Virus record (IMG/VR): IMGVR_UViG_3300045988_145627
Span: 1-64,000 of that record
Strand: one strand, 5' to 3'
Length of the DNA stretch: 64,000 nucleotides
Origin: a virus
Lineage: Duplodnaviria > Heunggongvirae > Uroviricota > Caudoviricetes
The notes beneath the pieces are model-generated. The model was given only the letters and a program-made list of their open reading frames with translations. It had not been told where the DNA came from and made no database searches. Made by a program: the position numbers and the translations under genes. This document shows, one piece after another, positions 19,919 to 30,413 of this stretch. Position 1 is the stretch's first letter, and each line of letters opens with the position of its first letter.

Positions 19919-22900
19919 ATGGAACAGTTCAAGAAGAAAAAGCTACCGCTGTTTATTGCCGGTGCGGGTGGTAAAAAAAGCAGCAAAAGCTCCAGCCGTA
20001 CACCGGTTGAAGCCGACGATACCGTAAATTCTCGTGCAATGGCCGCTATCCTCGATCTTCTTGGGGAAGGGGTAATTGGCGGCTTAGTAAATGGCGCAAG
20101 ATCTATTTTTATCGACGATCTGCCGATTGTAAATGAAGACGGTTCCTCCAACTTCAGCGGAATCACATGGGATTTTCGCGACGGTTCACAAGACCAGACT
20201 CCAATGTCTGGCTTTGATTTCGTTGAAACGCCTAAATCCGTCAATATCCAGTTAAAAAAAACACATTATGTAACGGTTTCAATCGATAACGATGAAGCTG
20301 ATCGGGTTCGTGTCATCATGAAGTTTCCTTCTTTGCGAAGCATAGATAAAAAAACTGGTGACACGAACGGTACGACTGTTGAGTACAAGTTCCAGATAGC
20401 AAATGGCGACTCAACATTTGTAGATGTGGTCGCGGAAGGTGAAAAAAGCGTTGGCATTAAGCTAACAGCAAAGAAGACCGGCGTTTATTACCGTAGCTAC
20501 GAGCTGAAGCTGCCTAAGCCTGGACGCGCATACAAGGTTCGTGTAGTCCGTATTACCGATGATAACAGTAGCCAGTATCTCTATAACGATACATGGGTGG
20601 ATTCAATCGGGGAAATTGTCGATACACCGATGAACTATCCAAACTCTGTTTTGGTTGGATTGAAGGTAAACTCTGAGCAATTCGGCAGCACCATGCCATC
20701 TCGCTCTTATCTGGTGCGTGGCCTAAAAATTCGAGTACCTTCAAACTATAACGAGTCAAGTAACACTTACGCTGGGGTATGGGATGGTACTTTTAAGCTG
20801 TTGTCTTCTTCGAACCCCGCGTGGATTCTCTTTGATTTGCTGACCAATGCTCGATATGGCCTTGGTCAGTATGTGTCGGAATCTATGATTGACCTTGGCC
20901 AGTTGTACCAGATTGGTCGATATTGTGACGAAGAGGTCGATGATGGCTTTGGTGGCAAAGAGAAACGCTTTGCAATCAATACGCAGATCACCAGTCGACA
21001 GGACGCATACCGGCTAATTCAGGATATTGCTGGAGCATTCCGCGGCATGGTGTTTTGGGCTGGTGGGATGGTTAACATCATGCAGGATAGCCCATCAGAT
21101 CCGGTAATGATGTTTACCAACTCTAACGTCAAAGATGGATTGTTTACCTATAAAGGTTCTGCGCGTAAAGATCGCCCATCCGTTGCGCTCGTAACCTACA
21201 ACAACAAGGAGGACGGTTATAAGCAAAACATCGAGTACGTTGAAGATCAGGACGCAATGCGCCGTTATGGTGAGCGTAAGACAGAAGTCGTAGCATTTGG
21301 CTGTACAAGCCGAGGGCAGGCTCACCGAGTTGGTTTATGGCTTTTATATACCGCCAGAATGGAGTCGGATGTAATTACATTTACTGCCGGCTTAGACGCG
21401 TCATTTCTGATGCCTGGTGAAACCGTTCTGATTCAGAACAAATATCGCGCAGGCAAACGTAACTCAGGTCGAATTGTGGCGTTTACCAAAAACAGCGTCA
21501 CACTCGATGCGCCTGTGTCGTTAGCCAAAGGCGGCTGCTTTATTCGAATACTGAATCAGGAAGGCAAAATCGTTGAACGCGATGTTCTTGAAACTGGCGA
21601 AAATATAACAAAAGTTACGTTTTCAAAAGCCCTGTCTTCGGCTGAAACGCCTGTTTTGAACGGCGTCTGGACTATTACAGAACCAGACCTCGAACCTATG
21701 CGCGTTCGCATCGTTAACATCGCGCAGGGGGAAACGCCGGGTAGCTTTGACATCACCGCTGTTGAGAACAATCCGTCTAAATATGAGGCGATCGACAATG
21801 GTGCAACGCTTATCCCGCAAAATACGACGGTATTGGACCCGACTTACTCCAAGCCGTCTAATTTGCAAATCACCGAAGGGACTTATCTCTCAAGCCCTGG
21901 CAACCTGTCAGTAAAACTGACTGCAACATGGGAAGGGAAATCTCCAGAGTATTGGATCAGTTGGCGACGTTCTGATGAAAACAATGTATCGAACTGGCAA
22001 TCGGCGCGTGTAACCGAAGAGCAATACGAAATCGTTAATGTTGCGGAGAATGGACGCTACGACTTCCAGCTGTATGCGGTTTCATTCAACGGTAAAAAAA
22101 CAGAGATTATCAGTACCGTTTATCAGGTGCTGGGCACAATGACACCGCCAGATGCCCCAACGTCATTAACGGCCGTTGGAGACTATCGTAATGTGATACT
22201 GAATTGGGTTAATCCAGATTCGGTAGACCTTGATCACATTAATGTTTACGCGTCCCAGACCAATAATCTGGATACGGCGAAACTGATCGCAGAGTCTGCA
22301 AGCACCACCTTTACACATGCTGGTCTTGGGGATAGCGAAACGTGGTATTACTGGGTTCGAGCATCGAACAAGCGAGGTATGTTAAGTCCTCCGAACTCAA
22401 ACTTGGGTACAGAGGCGACAACTCGCGATGTACTGTCGTTCCTGACTGGCAAAATTACATCTTCCGAGCTTGGTCAGGCTCTGCTTGAGGACATCAACAG
22501 CAAAGCCTCTCAAGAAGCCGTTGACGAGTTAAATGAGCATATCAACCAGAGCGTCGAATCTTTGGAGGGGGCGGTAAACGACGTTAAGGAAGATATAGCT
22601 GAATTAGATAAGCAGTTCAGCGATAACCTCGCGGATTTTGAAATAAAATTCAACGAGCGTAGCGATGCTTTGGAGAACGCACAAACCGAGCTTAAAGGTG
22701 AGGTTTCGGCAACGATCGACAAGGTCAATGAAGCGTTTGAAAAAATTGATGCTACTGATGCTGCAATTGTTGAAATCGAAAATACCGTATCTGAACACGA
22801 TAAAGCTCTCGCTAATACAGTCGAGGCAATAAAGGCTGCAAGAGATGAAGCGGCGGCTCTTATTGCTAAGGAAAGCGAGGCTCGTGTTGAAGGCGATGCT

Positions 22901-24646
22901 GCAAACGCTAAACAACTGGAAGTGTTGCAGTCAACGGTAGAGGAAAGCTCCGCTGCCGTTGAAGAAATGAAAAAGACGGTTGCAGAGGTCGATCGTGCAA
23001 GTGCAGAACTGACTACGAACATTGAGGCGTTAGCCAAAACAAATATTGACCTGGCTCTTCGTCAAGATGAAGACCAGCACAAGCAGATGGTCAATAACGC
23101 GAAGATCGCAACAACACAGAAAACCTTTGCTGATGATATGTCTGCAATGGCTACGAAGGTTGAAGAAATTCGCGTAGAAATTGGCGAAGACATTAAGGCC
23201 AGTATTCTGGAAGAGTCCACCGCTCGTGCCGATGGCGATGAAGCGTTGGCAAAGCGTGTCACTCAGCTGCAATCTAAGTTTGAAGGAGATATCAGCGCGG
23301 CGATTAGTACAGAACAGGAGGCTCGTACATCTGCCGATGAAGCTTTGACGAAACAAATAACTCAGCTTGAGTCGAAAGTAAGCAACGATATTGTCGCAGC
23401 CATTAAGGAAGAGCAAGAAGCCCGAGCAACGGAAGATTCGGCTCTGGCAAGCCAGATCACCCAACTTCAGGCAAAAGTTGATGATGATATTTCTGCTGCA
23501 ATACGCAGTGAGCAGGAGGCTCGTGCGAGCGGAGACTCTGCGTTAGCTAAACAAATAAACCAGCTTCAAGCAAAGGTTGACGGTGATATATCAGCCGCCA
23601 TCACTCAGGAGCAGGAGGCCAGAGCAAGTGCTGACGAGGCGCTCTCACGAGAAATTAACAGCCTGCGGGCGCAGACCGGAACTGACATTGCCGCAGCCGT
23701 TGCTGTAGAGACAAAGGCAAGGACTGACGCCGATAGTGCATTGTCCAGCCAGATTACATCTCTTACAGCAAAAGCTAATGATCTCGAGGCGTCTCTTGCC
23801 AAAGAAACAACGGCTCGTGCAGATGGTGATACCGCTTTAACAAAAGAGGTTTCAAGTTTAAAAGCACAGACTGCGAAAGATATTAGTGCGGCCGTTGCAG
23901 TGGAAACGCAGGCTCGAACTGATGCTGACTCGGCGTTATCATCTCAGATCACCAAGCTGACCTCTCAATACAAAGAGGATATTAAAGCGGCTGTGGCAAC
24001 CGAAACGAAAACGCGTACAGAGCAAGATGCGGCATTGGCGACCCAAATCACAAACTTAGAGTCTCAAACAGCAGCCAACATTTCTGCGGCGGTCACAACT
24101 GAAACGACAGCGAGAACGCAGGCAGATAATGCTCTAAGTGGGCGAATCGATACTCTGAAAGCAGAGGTGGATGGAAATACCGCGACAATTCAACAGCAGG
24201 CAACAGCTATTGCTGATACCAACAAAAAAGTGTCAACCGCGTGGACGTTGAAAATGGAGACTTCAACGAGCGGAGGGCAGAAGTATGTTGCCGGTATTGC
24301 GCTTGGTATTGACACCACTGGGCTATCTCAGTTTTTGGTTCAGGCGGACAGGTTTGGTTTGGTCAACTCTGTTAACGGGAAGATCACAACGCCATTTGTT
24401 ATCGAAAACAGTATCGCCTATATGAATGGAGCGTATATCAAGGATGGCACAATCACCAATGCAAAAGTAGGCGATCTGCAATCTACCAATTTTGTTAGCG
24501 GTAGATCTGGATGGCGGTTCGGCAAAAATGGAACGCTTGAGATCAACGGTAATAGCGGCGGCAATGGGCGATTGGTTATAAATGGTCAGCGGATTGACGT
24601 TTATGACGATAACAACGTCCTACGAGTAAGAATTGGCCGTCTGTGA
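19919..24646 (+). CDS. tail tip / host specificity protein (lambda gpJ-like)
   Basis: About 1575 aa ORF following M-L-K-I; C-terminal half holds 33-aa coiled-coil repeats. Confidence 0.85.
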   Translation: MEQFKKKKLPLFIAGAGGKKSSKSSSRTPVEADDTVNSRAMAAILDLLGEGVIGGLVNGARSIFIDDLPIVNEDGSSNFSGITWDFRDGSQDQTPMSGFDFVETPKSVNIQLKKTHYVTVSIDNDEADRVRVIMKFPSLRSIDKKTGDTNGTTVEYKFQIANGDSTFVDVVAEGEKSVGIKLTAKKTGVYYRSYELKLPKPGRAYKVRVVRITDDNSSQYLYNDTWVDSIGEIVDTPMNYPNSVLVGLKVNSEQFGSTMPSRSYLVRGLKIRVPSNYNESSNTYAGVWDGTFKLLSSSNPAWILFDLLTNARYGLGQYVSESMIDLGQLYQIGRYCDEEVDDGFGGKEKRFAINTQITSRQDAYRLIQDIAGAFRGMVFWAGGMVNIMQDSPSDPVMMFTNSNVKDGLFTYKGSARKDRPSVALVTYNNKEDGYKQNIEYVEDQDAMRRYGERKTEVVAFGCTSRGQAHRVGLWLLYTARMESDVITFTAGLDASFLMPGETVLIQNKYRAGKRNSGRIVAFTKNSVTLDAPVSLAKGGCFIRILNQEGKIVERDVLETGENITKVTFSKALSSAETPVLNGVWTITEPDLEPMRVRIVNIAQGETPGSFDITAVENNPSKYEAIDNGATLIPQNTTVLDPTYSKPSNLQITEGTYLSSPGNLSVKLTATWEGKSPEYWISWRRSDENNVSNWQSARVTEEQYEIVNVAENGRYDFQLYAVSFNGKKTEIISTVYQVLGTMTPPDAPTSLTAVGDYRNVILNWVNPDSVDLDHINVYASQTNNLDTAKLIAESASTTFTHAGLGDSETWYYWVRASNKRGMLSPPNSNLGTEATTRDVLSFLTGKITSSELGQALLEDINSKASQEAVDELNEHINQSVESLEGAVNDVKEDIAELDKQFSDNLADFEIKFNERSDALENAQTELKGEVSATIDKVNEAFEKIDATDAAIVEIENTVSEHDKALANTVEAIKAARDEAAALIAKESEARVEGDAANAKQLEVLQSTVEESSAAVEEMKKTVAEVDRASAELTTNIEALAKTNIDLALRQDEDQHKQMVNNAKIATTQKTFADDMSAMATKVEEIRVEIGEDIKASILEESTARADGDEALAKRVTQLQSKFEGDISAAISTEQEARTSADEALTKQITQLESKVSNDIVAAIKEEQEARATEDSALASQITQLQAKVDDDISAAIRSEQEARASGDSALAKQINQLQAKVDGDISAAITQEQEARASADEALSREINSLRAQTGTDIAAAVAVETKARTDADSALSSQITSLTAKANDLEASLAKETTARADGDTALTKEVSSLKAQTAKDISAAVAVETQARTDADSALSSQITKLTSQYKEDIKAAVATETKTRTEQDAALATQITNLESQTAANISAAVTTETTARTQADNALSGRIDTLKAEVDGNTATIQQQATAIADTNKKVSTAWTLKMETSTSGGQKYVAGIALGIDTTGLSQFLVQADRFGLVNSVNGKITTPFVIENSIAYMNGAYIKDGTITNAKVGDLQSTNFVSGRSGWRFGKNGTLEINGNSGGNGRLVINGQRIDVYDDNNVLRVRIGRL
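23189..24175 (+). repeat. about ten tandem 99-nt (33-aa) in-frame repeats within the J-like gene
   Basis: Units DISAAI..EQEAR.SADEAL.KQITQLQAKV.. recur with 99-nt period. Confidence 0.8.
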
Positions 24647-24739
24647 TGGTGGAAAAAAAATTTTATATCGGTAAAAATAGGTAAGTATTTACTTAATGGC
24701 GGGCAAGGATAACCCGCCAAATCAAGGAGCATATTCAAC

Positions 24740-27700
24740 ATGTGGTACAGGGAAGGTACTATCACATTTACACAGGGTAGCAATACTCTGGTTGGGGCAG
24801 GGACAGCCTGGAACGTAACAGCTAATGGTGTGTTGCCGGGGATGATCGTCATTGGCCCCGACAATAAGCTGTATGAGATCAAGCGCGTAATAAGCGATAC
24901 GAATATTGTTCTCTCAGAACCTTATACCGGCGAAACTCAGTCTGAGGTTCCGTGCCGAATCATTACGACCTATGAAGGCGACTTAACACAGTTTAGCGCG
25001 CGCTTTACAGCACTAATGTCGCGTATGTCGGCTGATTCCAAGTCTATGCGCAGTTGGTTGACTGCTCTGGATGAGGTGACAATCGAGCGTGAAGACGGTA
25101 CAGAAGTAACCGTTAAGCCGCTAATGCAGATCGTCAACGAGCACAACGAAAACGTTGAGTGGTATAAAAATAACACTGACGCGATTGATGCTGCTGGCGA
25201 CAAAGCTCGTGAGGCGGCGGCCAGTGCTGCCGCAGCAGCAGAAAGCGCCAATACCGCTGGAGAAAAAGCCTCTCAAGCGTCTCAAAGTGCATCCGCTGCG
25301 GCATCCTCACAAAGTGCCGCAAGTGCGAGTGCAACTGCTGCGAAAAAATCTGAAACGAATGCCGCAGCGTCACAACAATCAGCAGCCACTTCTGCATCCA
25401 CCGCGACCACGAAAGCGTCAGAAGCTGCCACCTCAGCCCGGGATGCGGCGGCCTCAAAAGAGGCAGCGAAATCATCAGAAACGAGCGCAGCCTCGAGCGC
25501 CAGTAATGCCGCTTCCTCGGCAACGGCGGCAGGAAATTCCGCGAAGGCGGCAAAAACGTCCGAGACGAACGCTAAGTCTTCTGAAACAGCAGCGGGACAG
25601 AGCGCCTCAACTGCGGCAGGTTCAAAAACAGCGGCTGCATTATCTGCCAGTGCCGCGTCAACAAGTGCCGGGCAGGCCTCAGCCAGTGCCACCGCCGCCG
25701 GAAAATCGGCAGAAAGTGCCGCATCGTCTGCTTCAACAGCCACAACGAAGGCTGGCGAAGCCACTGAACAGGCCAGCGCAGCAGCGAGGTCTGCTTCCGC
25801 AGCGAAGACATCCGAAACGAACGCGAAAGCGTCGGAAACCCGTGCAGAATCCTCAAAAACGGCAGCCGCATCGTCCGCCAGTTCGGCAGCGTCATCGGCA
25901 TCATCGGCGTCTGCTTCAAAAGATGAGGCGACCAGACAAGCGTCCGCAGCGAAGGGCAGCGCCACGACAGCATCCACGAAAGCAACAGAGGCGGCAGGCA
26001 GTGCGACGGCAGCATCTCAGAGCAAAACTGCTGCTGAATCCGCTGCGACCCGTGCGGAAGCTGCTGCTGATCGTGCTGAAGAGATTGCCGGTGCAGTTGC
26101 GATGGAAGACGCAAGCCTTACAACTAAAGGTGTTGTGAAACTTAGCAGTGCTGTCGATAGCACCAGTGAATCGCTGGCCGCAACGCCAAAAGCAGTTAAG
26201 GCCGCATATGATAATGCTGAAAAAAGACTACAGAAGGATCAGAATGGTGCTGATATCCCCGACAAGGGCCGCTTCCTGAATAACATTAATGTTTACAGCA
26301 AAGGTGAAGTGGATAAGAAAAAGGGGATGCGAAAATACACTTTCTCTGCTCCTGCAAATGCAGTAAGCGGTAAGTGGTATCCTGTAGTCTTTCGCCGAAC
26401 TGGTGGTGGCACAGATGAATTAGCCTCACGAGTGGTTATCACCACTTATTCCTCAGCTGGCGGATACGCTATGAATAATTGTGAGTTTAATGGTTTTGTT
26501 ATGCCGGGCGGTTGGTCTGATCGCGGTTCATATGCTGTTGGTTTTTTCTCAATATATTCAACCGTTGAACGATCTATACACTCGATTATCGCAAGCGTGA
26601 AAGATGATGATTTGTGTAGTGTATTTTACGTTGAGACAAGAGCATTCCCTATCCAGATTTTTGCTGAGGAAGGATTAAATGTGATTGTTCCAACGGCTGA
26701 TTATGCAGTTGGTCAAACCACTTATAAGTGGGGGGCAACTGATCCTTTATCAGAAAGTACGAATGCACAGATAATTTTGGACTTTAAAAATGGACGAGGT
26801 TATTACTGTTCACATCCATTTATTTCAAGTCTTTCAGGAAATGCTGCTACAGCAACGAAATTACAGACGGCAAGATCTATCGGTGGAGTTGGTTTCGACG
26901 GTTCTGCCAATATTAATCTTCCAGGTGTAAACACTACGGGTAATCAGAACACCACTGGTAATGCCGCAACTGCTACAAAACTACAGACGGCAAGAACTAT
27001 CGGCGGCGTGAGCTTTGATGGTACTGCAAATATTAATTTGCCAGGTGTTAATACGACTGGTAATCAGAATACAACAGGTAATGCGGCTACTGCTACGAAG
27101 TTGCAGACTGCGCGTACTATTAATGGGGTGTCGTTTGACGGTTCGGCAAATATTTCCTTGTCACCAGCAAATATAGGTTGCCCAGCATCTCCTACTGGTT
27201 GGTTAACTACAGGAAGTAATGGCGGAGCAATAACAACAGCCCAGTTAGTGACGTTATTGCAAAATAATGGAGCCTTTAACACAAAGGCATGGATTGCTCG
27301 ATGTGCGTGGGCCTATGCCAATAGCGCAACCATACCAAATAGTGAAACTGGTTGTGGCGTTATTCCATTGGCAGGAGCTGTTATAGAAGTATTTAATAAC
27401 GGTAGTAGTTCAAATAATTATACGATCCGCATAACAACGGCCACAACGACAAGTGTTTCCGGTGCTCTCACTAATGCGGAGTTTATCTATGTATTTAATG
27501 GCACAGATTATTCTCCAGGATGGCGAAGAGTATATAACACGAAAAACAAACCAACAGCCTCTGATGTCGGTGCATTACCTCTTACCGGTGGTACATTATC
27601 TGGAGGTTTGACATCTTCTGGCGAGATCATTTCAAAATATGCAAATGGTTTCCGCATTGCTTACGGTAGCTTTGGGTTCTTTATCCGTAATGATGGATCG

Positions 27701-28777
27701 AACACATATTTCATGCTAACAGCATCAGGAGACACATTAGGTTCATGGAACGGTTTGCGACCTATTACAATTAATAATACCAGCGGTGCTGTATCAATTG
27801 GTAATGGACTAAATGTGACTGGTGGCGTAAATGGTAGTTTGAACGGTAATGCTTCAACAGCTACGAAGTTGCAAACAGCGAGAAACATCAATGGTGTTAA
27901 GTTTGATGGTTCAGGCGATATCAATATTAATACATTGGTATCTCGTGGCCGAGTTACGGCGTTAAGCGGCTCTACTCAAGGCACTGCTGGCATTCAAATG
28001 TATGAGGCGTACAACAATAGCTACCCGACCATGTATGGCAACGTATTGCACATGAAAGGTGCGAGTGCTGCTGGTGAGGGAGAGTTGCTTATTGGCTGGA
28101 GTGGTACGAGCGGTGCACATGCGCCAGTTTTCATTCGCTCACGAAGAGATAACACAGGTGCGGCATGGTCAGCGTGGGCGCAGGTATATACCGCTAAGGA
28201 TTCAATCCCTGGTGTGAATACAACTGGTAATCAGAACACTACTGGTAATGCCGCAACCGCCACAAAATTGCAGACAGCAAGGAAAATTGCTGGTGTGGCG
28301 TTTGATGGCTCTGCCGATATAACTTTGACTGCGGCTAACCTTAATGCTTACACGAAAACAGAGGTAACAAACCTTCTAAGTTCCTATGTGAAGAGCAGTG
28401 CTCTTCCAAGCATGACTGTGCGAACTTCCTCTGTTTCAGGTGGGGATATGGGCATGAGCTTGTCCGCATTCATTAGCCACCTAAAATCAAATGGGGCGTT
28501 TAGCAAAAGTTATTGGATTGGCTTTGGCGATGCTATGGGATTCAATGCTGGCAGTATCAACAATATAACGGGATTTGGTGCTGTAGAATTAGCAGAATCT
28601 ATAATCGAAGTTTTTAATCTACCTAACGGTGATTATACAATTCGTTTAACAACGTCACATAAAGCTGACTACGGTGGAGTTACAAACGCAATCCTCGTTT
28701 ATCACTACCGTAGTAATAGAAGTCCGTCAGGTCAATGGCTGAAATTTGCAGGTACTGTTGGGGCAACAAGTAACTGA
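24740..28777 (+). CDS. side tail fibre protein
   Basis: 1345 aa; Ala/Ser-rich SETNA-type repeats and five copies of NAATATKLQTAR.I.GV.FDGSANI tail-fibre repeat. Confidence 0.85.
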   Translation: MWYREGTITFTQGSNTLVGAGTAWNVTANGVLPGMIVIGPDNKLYEIKRVISDTNIVLSEPYTGETQSEVPCRIITTYEGDLTQFSARFTALMSRMSADSKSMRSWLTALDEVTIEREDGTEVTVKPLMQIVNEHNENVEWYKNNTDAIDAAGDKAREAAASAAAAAESANTAGEKASQASQSASAAASSQSAASASATAAKKSETNAAASQQSAATSASTATTKASEAATSARDAAASKEAAKSSETSAASSASNAASSATAAGNSAKAAKTSETNAKSSETAAGQSASTAAGSKTAAALSASAASTSAGQASASATAAGKSAESAASSASTATTKAGEATEQASAAARSASAAKTSETNAKASETRAESSKTAAASSASSAASSASSASASKDEATRQASAAKGSATTASTKATEAAGSATAASQSKTAAESAATRAEAAADRAEEIAGAVAMEDASLTTKGVVKLSSAVDSTSESLAATPKAVKAAYDNAEKRLQKDQNGADIPDKGRFLNNINVYSKGEVDKKKGMRKYTFSAPANAVSGKWYPVVFRRTGGGTDELASRVVITTYSSAGGYAMNNCEFNGFVMPGGWSDRGSYAVGFFSIYSTVERSIHSIIASVKDDDLCSVFYVETRAFPIQIFAEEGLNVIVPTADYAVGQTTYKWGATDPLSESTNAQIILDFKNGRGYYCSHPFISSLSGNAATATKLQTARSIGGVGFDGSANINLPGVNTTGNQNTTGNAATATKLQTARTIGGVSFDGTANINLPGVNTTGNQNTTGNAATATKLQTARTINGVSFDGSANISLSPANIGCPASPTGWLTTGSNGGAITTAQLVTLLQNNGAFNTKAWIARCAWAYANSATIPNSETGCGVIPLAGAVIEVFNNGSSSNNYTIRITTATTTSVSGALTNAEFIYVFNGTDYSPGWRRVYNTKNKPTASDVGALPLTGGTLSGGLTSSGEIISKYANGFRIAYGSFGFFIRNDGSNTYFMLTASGDTLGSWNGLRPITINNTSGAVSIGNGLNVTGGVNGSLNGNASTATKLQTARNINGVKFDGSGDININTLVSRGRVTALSGSTQGTAGIQMYEAYNNSYPTMYGNVLHMKGASAAGEGELLIGWSGTSGAHAPVFIRSRRDNTGAAWSAWAQVYTAKDSIPGVNTTGNQNTTGNAATATKLQTARKIAGVAFDGSADITLTAANLNAYTKTEVTNLLSSYVKSSALPSMTVRTSSVSGGDMGMSLSAFISHLKSNGAFSKSYWIGFGDAMGFNAGSINNITGFGAVELAESIIEVFNLPNGDYTIRLTTSHKADYGGVTNAILVYHYRSNRSPSGQWLKFAGTVGATSN
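25200..26100 (+). repeat. low-complexity Ala/Ser/Thr-rich coding repeats inside tail fibre gene
   Basis: Repeated ...SETNAKSSETAAGQSAS... units; source of spurious alternate-frame ORFs. Confidence 0.65.
26843..27162 (+). repeat. tandem 120-nt (40-aa) tail-fibre repeats
   Basis: Three consecutive GNAATATKLQTAR(S/T)IGGV.FDGSANINLPGVNTTGNQNTT units; further copies near 27849 and 28205. Confidence 0.7.
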
Positions 28778-28979
28778 TTTAGACATTATTTATATGGCTG
28801 TGAGGTTTAAAATGCGATCTCACAGCCGCAATCATAGGGATATATTAGTGAGTTACTAGATACGAATTTGAACAGCCGTTAAACGGCATATGCATAGATA
28901 GGTAAGTATATACCTATAATTGAAAGGAGAAGTGTGATATAAATCCGCCATCCCGATTTGACTTTTCATGGAGGAAAAC

Positions 28980-29303
28980 ATGTCGAACGAGATGGCGGGC
29001 GTTACAACAGAGCAAGTTGAGCGTATTGCCGCGATCGTTGCTCGGGAGGTTGTTGGCAAATTAGGTAAAGAGCTACGTGAAGAAATTGGCCAGGAGGTCA
29101 ATGATCAGCTGAAAACCTACTTTGGTGATATGACCCCGGCGCAACATAGTATTCAACACTCCAATCTGGACAAACTCCTTAACCGGTTAGATTCCATCTC
29201 AAGTGGGTTCTTTGGCGGCATTGTTTCTAAAATAACGTCGTTCATTATTACCGCACTGCTTTTGGGGTTAGCCGCGTATGGCGTAAAAAGTGGACTGCAA
29301 TAA
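28980..29303 (+). CDS. small membrane-anchored protein, holin/antiholin candidate
   Basis: ATG at 28980 with RBS ggagg; single C-terminal TM ITSFIITALLLGLAAYGV; heads lysis-cassette position. Confidence 0.35.
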   Translation: MSNEMAGVTTEQVERIAAIVAREVVGKLGKELREEIGQEVNDQLKTYFGDMTPAQHSIQHSNLDKLLNRLDSISSGFFGGIVSKITSFIITALLLGLAAYGVKSGLQ

Positions 29304-29316
29304 CAGGAGATCAAGG

Positions 29317-30009
29317 ATGAAGACTCCGAGAGGCATTCGTAATAATAACCCCGGTAATCTTGATAAAGGATCACCGTGGCAAGGTCTGGTTGCGAATCCA
29401 GACGAACCGCGCTTTTGCACGTTTAAAGACCCTGTTTGGGGGATTCGTGCGCTGGCGGTGACTCTAATTACCTACCACGATAAACGTCGCGCAAAAGACG
29501 GCACAAGTATCGATACCATTCGTGAAGTTATTGAACGCTGGGCACCGCCGAATGAAAACAATACTGACGCCTACATTAATGAGGTGTCTAAAGCCGTTGG
29601 TGTAACCGCAGACATGATCATCGATCTGCATGATTACGACATCCTTCGACCTTTGGTTGAGGCAATCATTCGCCACGAGAATGGCCGAGGCCCGCTAAAA
29701 ACGCTGAACACCTGGTATGCGGCAGAAGTTATTGAGGAAGGTCTGCGTCGAGCTGGCGTTGTTAAGCCGGTGAAAACCGTGAAGGCTGTTCCTGTAACTA
29801 AAGAAACTGCAGGCGCAACTGTTACAGCAGGTATTGGTCTGGCGCAGCTGGCCGATGTTATGCCGCAGGTTTCCGCTGCTATGGATAAGGCACAAGGTCA
29901 TATCTCTAGCGGGGATACAGTACGCATCATCTTCGGCATTGCCACTATTGTTGTGGCTGGATTCATTGCCTGGTCGCAGGTAAGAAGACACCAGAAAGGG
30001 ATGGTCTAA
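29317..30009 (+). CDS. putative endolysin/peptidoglycan hydrolase with C-terminal membrane anchor
   Basis: ATG at 29317 with RBS aggag; N-terminal RNNNPGNL motif; sits between membrane protein and spanins; enzymatic class not established. Confidence 0.4.
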   Translation: MKTPRGIRNNNPGNLDKGSPWQGLVANPDEPRFCTFKDPVWGIRALAVTLITYHDKRRAKDGTSIDTIREVIERWAPPNENNTDAYINEVSKAVGVTADMIIDLHDYDILRPLVEAIIRHENGRGPLKTLNTWYAAEVIEEGLRRAGVVKPVKTVKAVPVTKETAGATVTAGIGLAQLADVMPQVSAAMDKAQGHISSGDTVRIIFGIATIVVAGFIAWSQVRRHQKGMV

Positions 30010-30010
30010 T

Positions 30011-30262
30011 ATGCTAGGCAGCCTGATGACAAAGCTAAAAGTTGCTTTGATTACGCTGGCTGCCGTTCTTTTCGTTCTGGTCGGCGCTTACACGATGGGC
30101 GGAAATGCGGCGCGACGAGCAATGGAAGAGAAGGCAAAACAGGAAGACAGGAAACGACTTCAAAGCACATTGGACGTCAAAAATGAAACACTTGATGAGT
30201 TACGGAGCAAGGATGCTTCTACTGTTCATCATGAGTTGCACAATAAATGGTTGCGTGATTAA
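30011..30262 (+). CDS. i-spanin (Rz-like)
   Basis: N-terminal TM LKVALITLAAVLFVLVGAY followed by charged helical periplasmic segment. Confidence 0.6.
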   Translation: MLGSLMTKLKVALITLAAVLFVLVGAYTMGGNAARRAMEEKAKQEDRKRLQSTLDVKNETLDELRSKDASTVHHELHNKWLRD

Positions 30263-30413
30263 GCCTCAACCCGCTGGTGTGCTTTTCTGCGATGCGGCTA
30301 CACCGCTATACATCAGCCGTGATGATCTCATGACCGAAGAGACTGAAAGAGAGGTGCTTTTTCACAATATGATAGGGGAGCGATTGTGTGGATGGGGCAG
30401 AAAAGTACCATAA
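30183..30413 (+). CDS. o-spanin (Rz1-like), overlapping the i-spanin in +1 frame
   Basis: Signal peptide with candidate lipobox Cys (MLLLFIMSC or TINGC), proline-rich mature part with Cys residues; start uncertain (30183/30195/30213). Confidence 0.5.
   Translation: MKHLMSYGARMLLLFIMSCTINGCVIKPQPAGVLFCDAATPLYISRDDLMTEETEREVLFHNMIGERLCGWGRKVP

Noticed and set aside
22510-23464. Minus-strand ORFs inside the J-like gene repeat region
   Set aside because: Arise from the repetitive Ala/Glu-rich coding sequence; nested in the J ORF.
25134-26138. Multiple long ORFs on both strands and alternative frames (25155-26138 +, 25282-25977 -, 25134-25553 -, 25572-26114 -) inside the tail fibre gene
   Set aside because: They lie in the Ala/Ser-rich low-complexity tract where codon bias leaves every frame open; the 24740 frame is continuous with recognisable tail-fibre repeats before and after.
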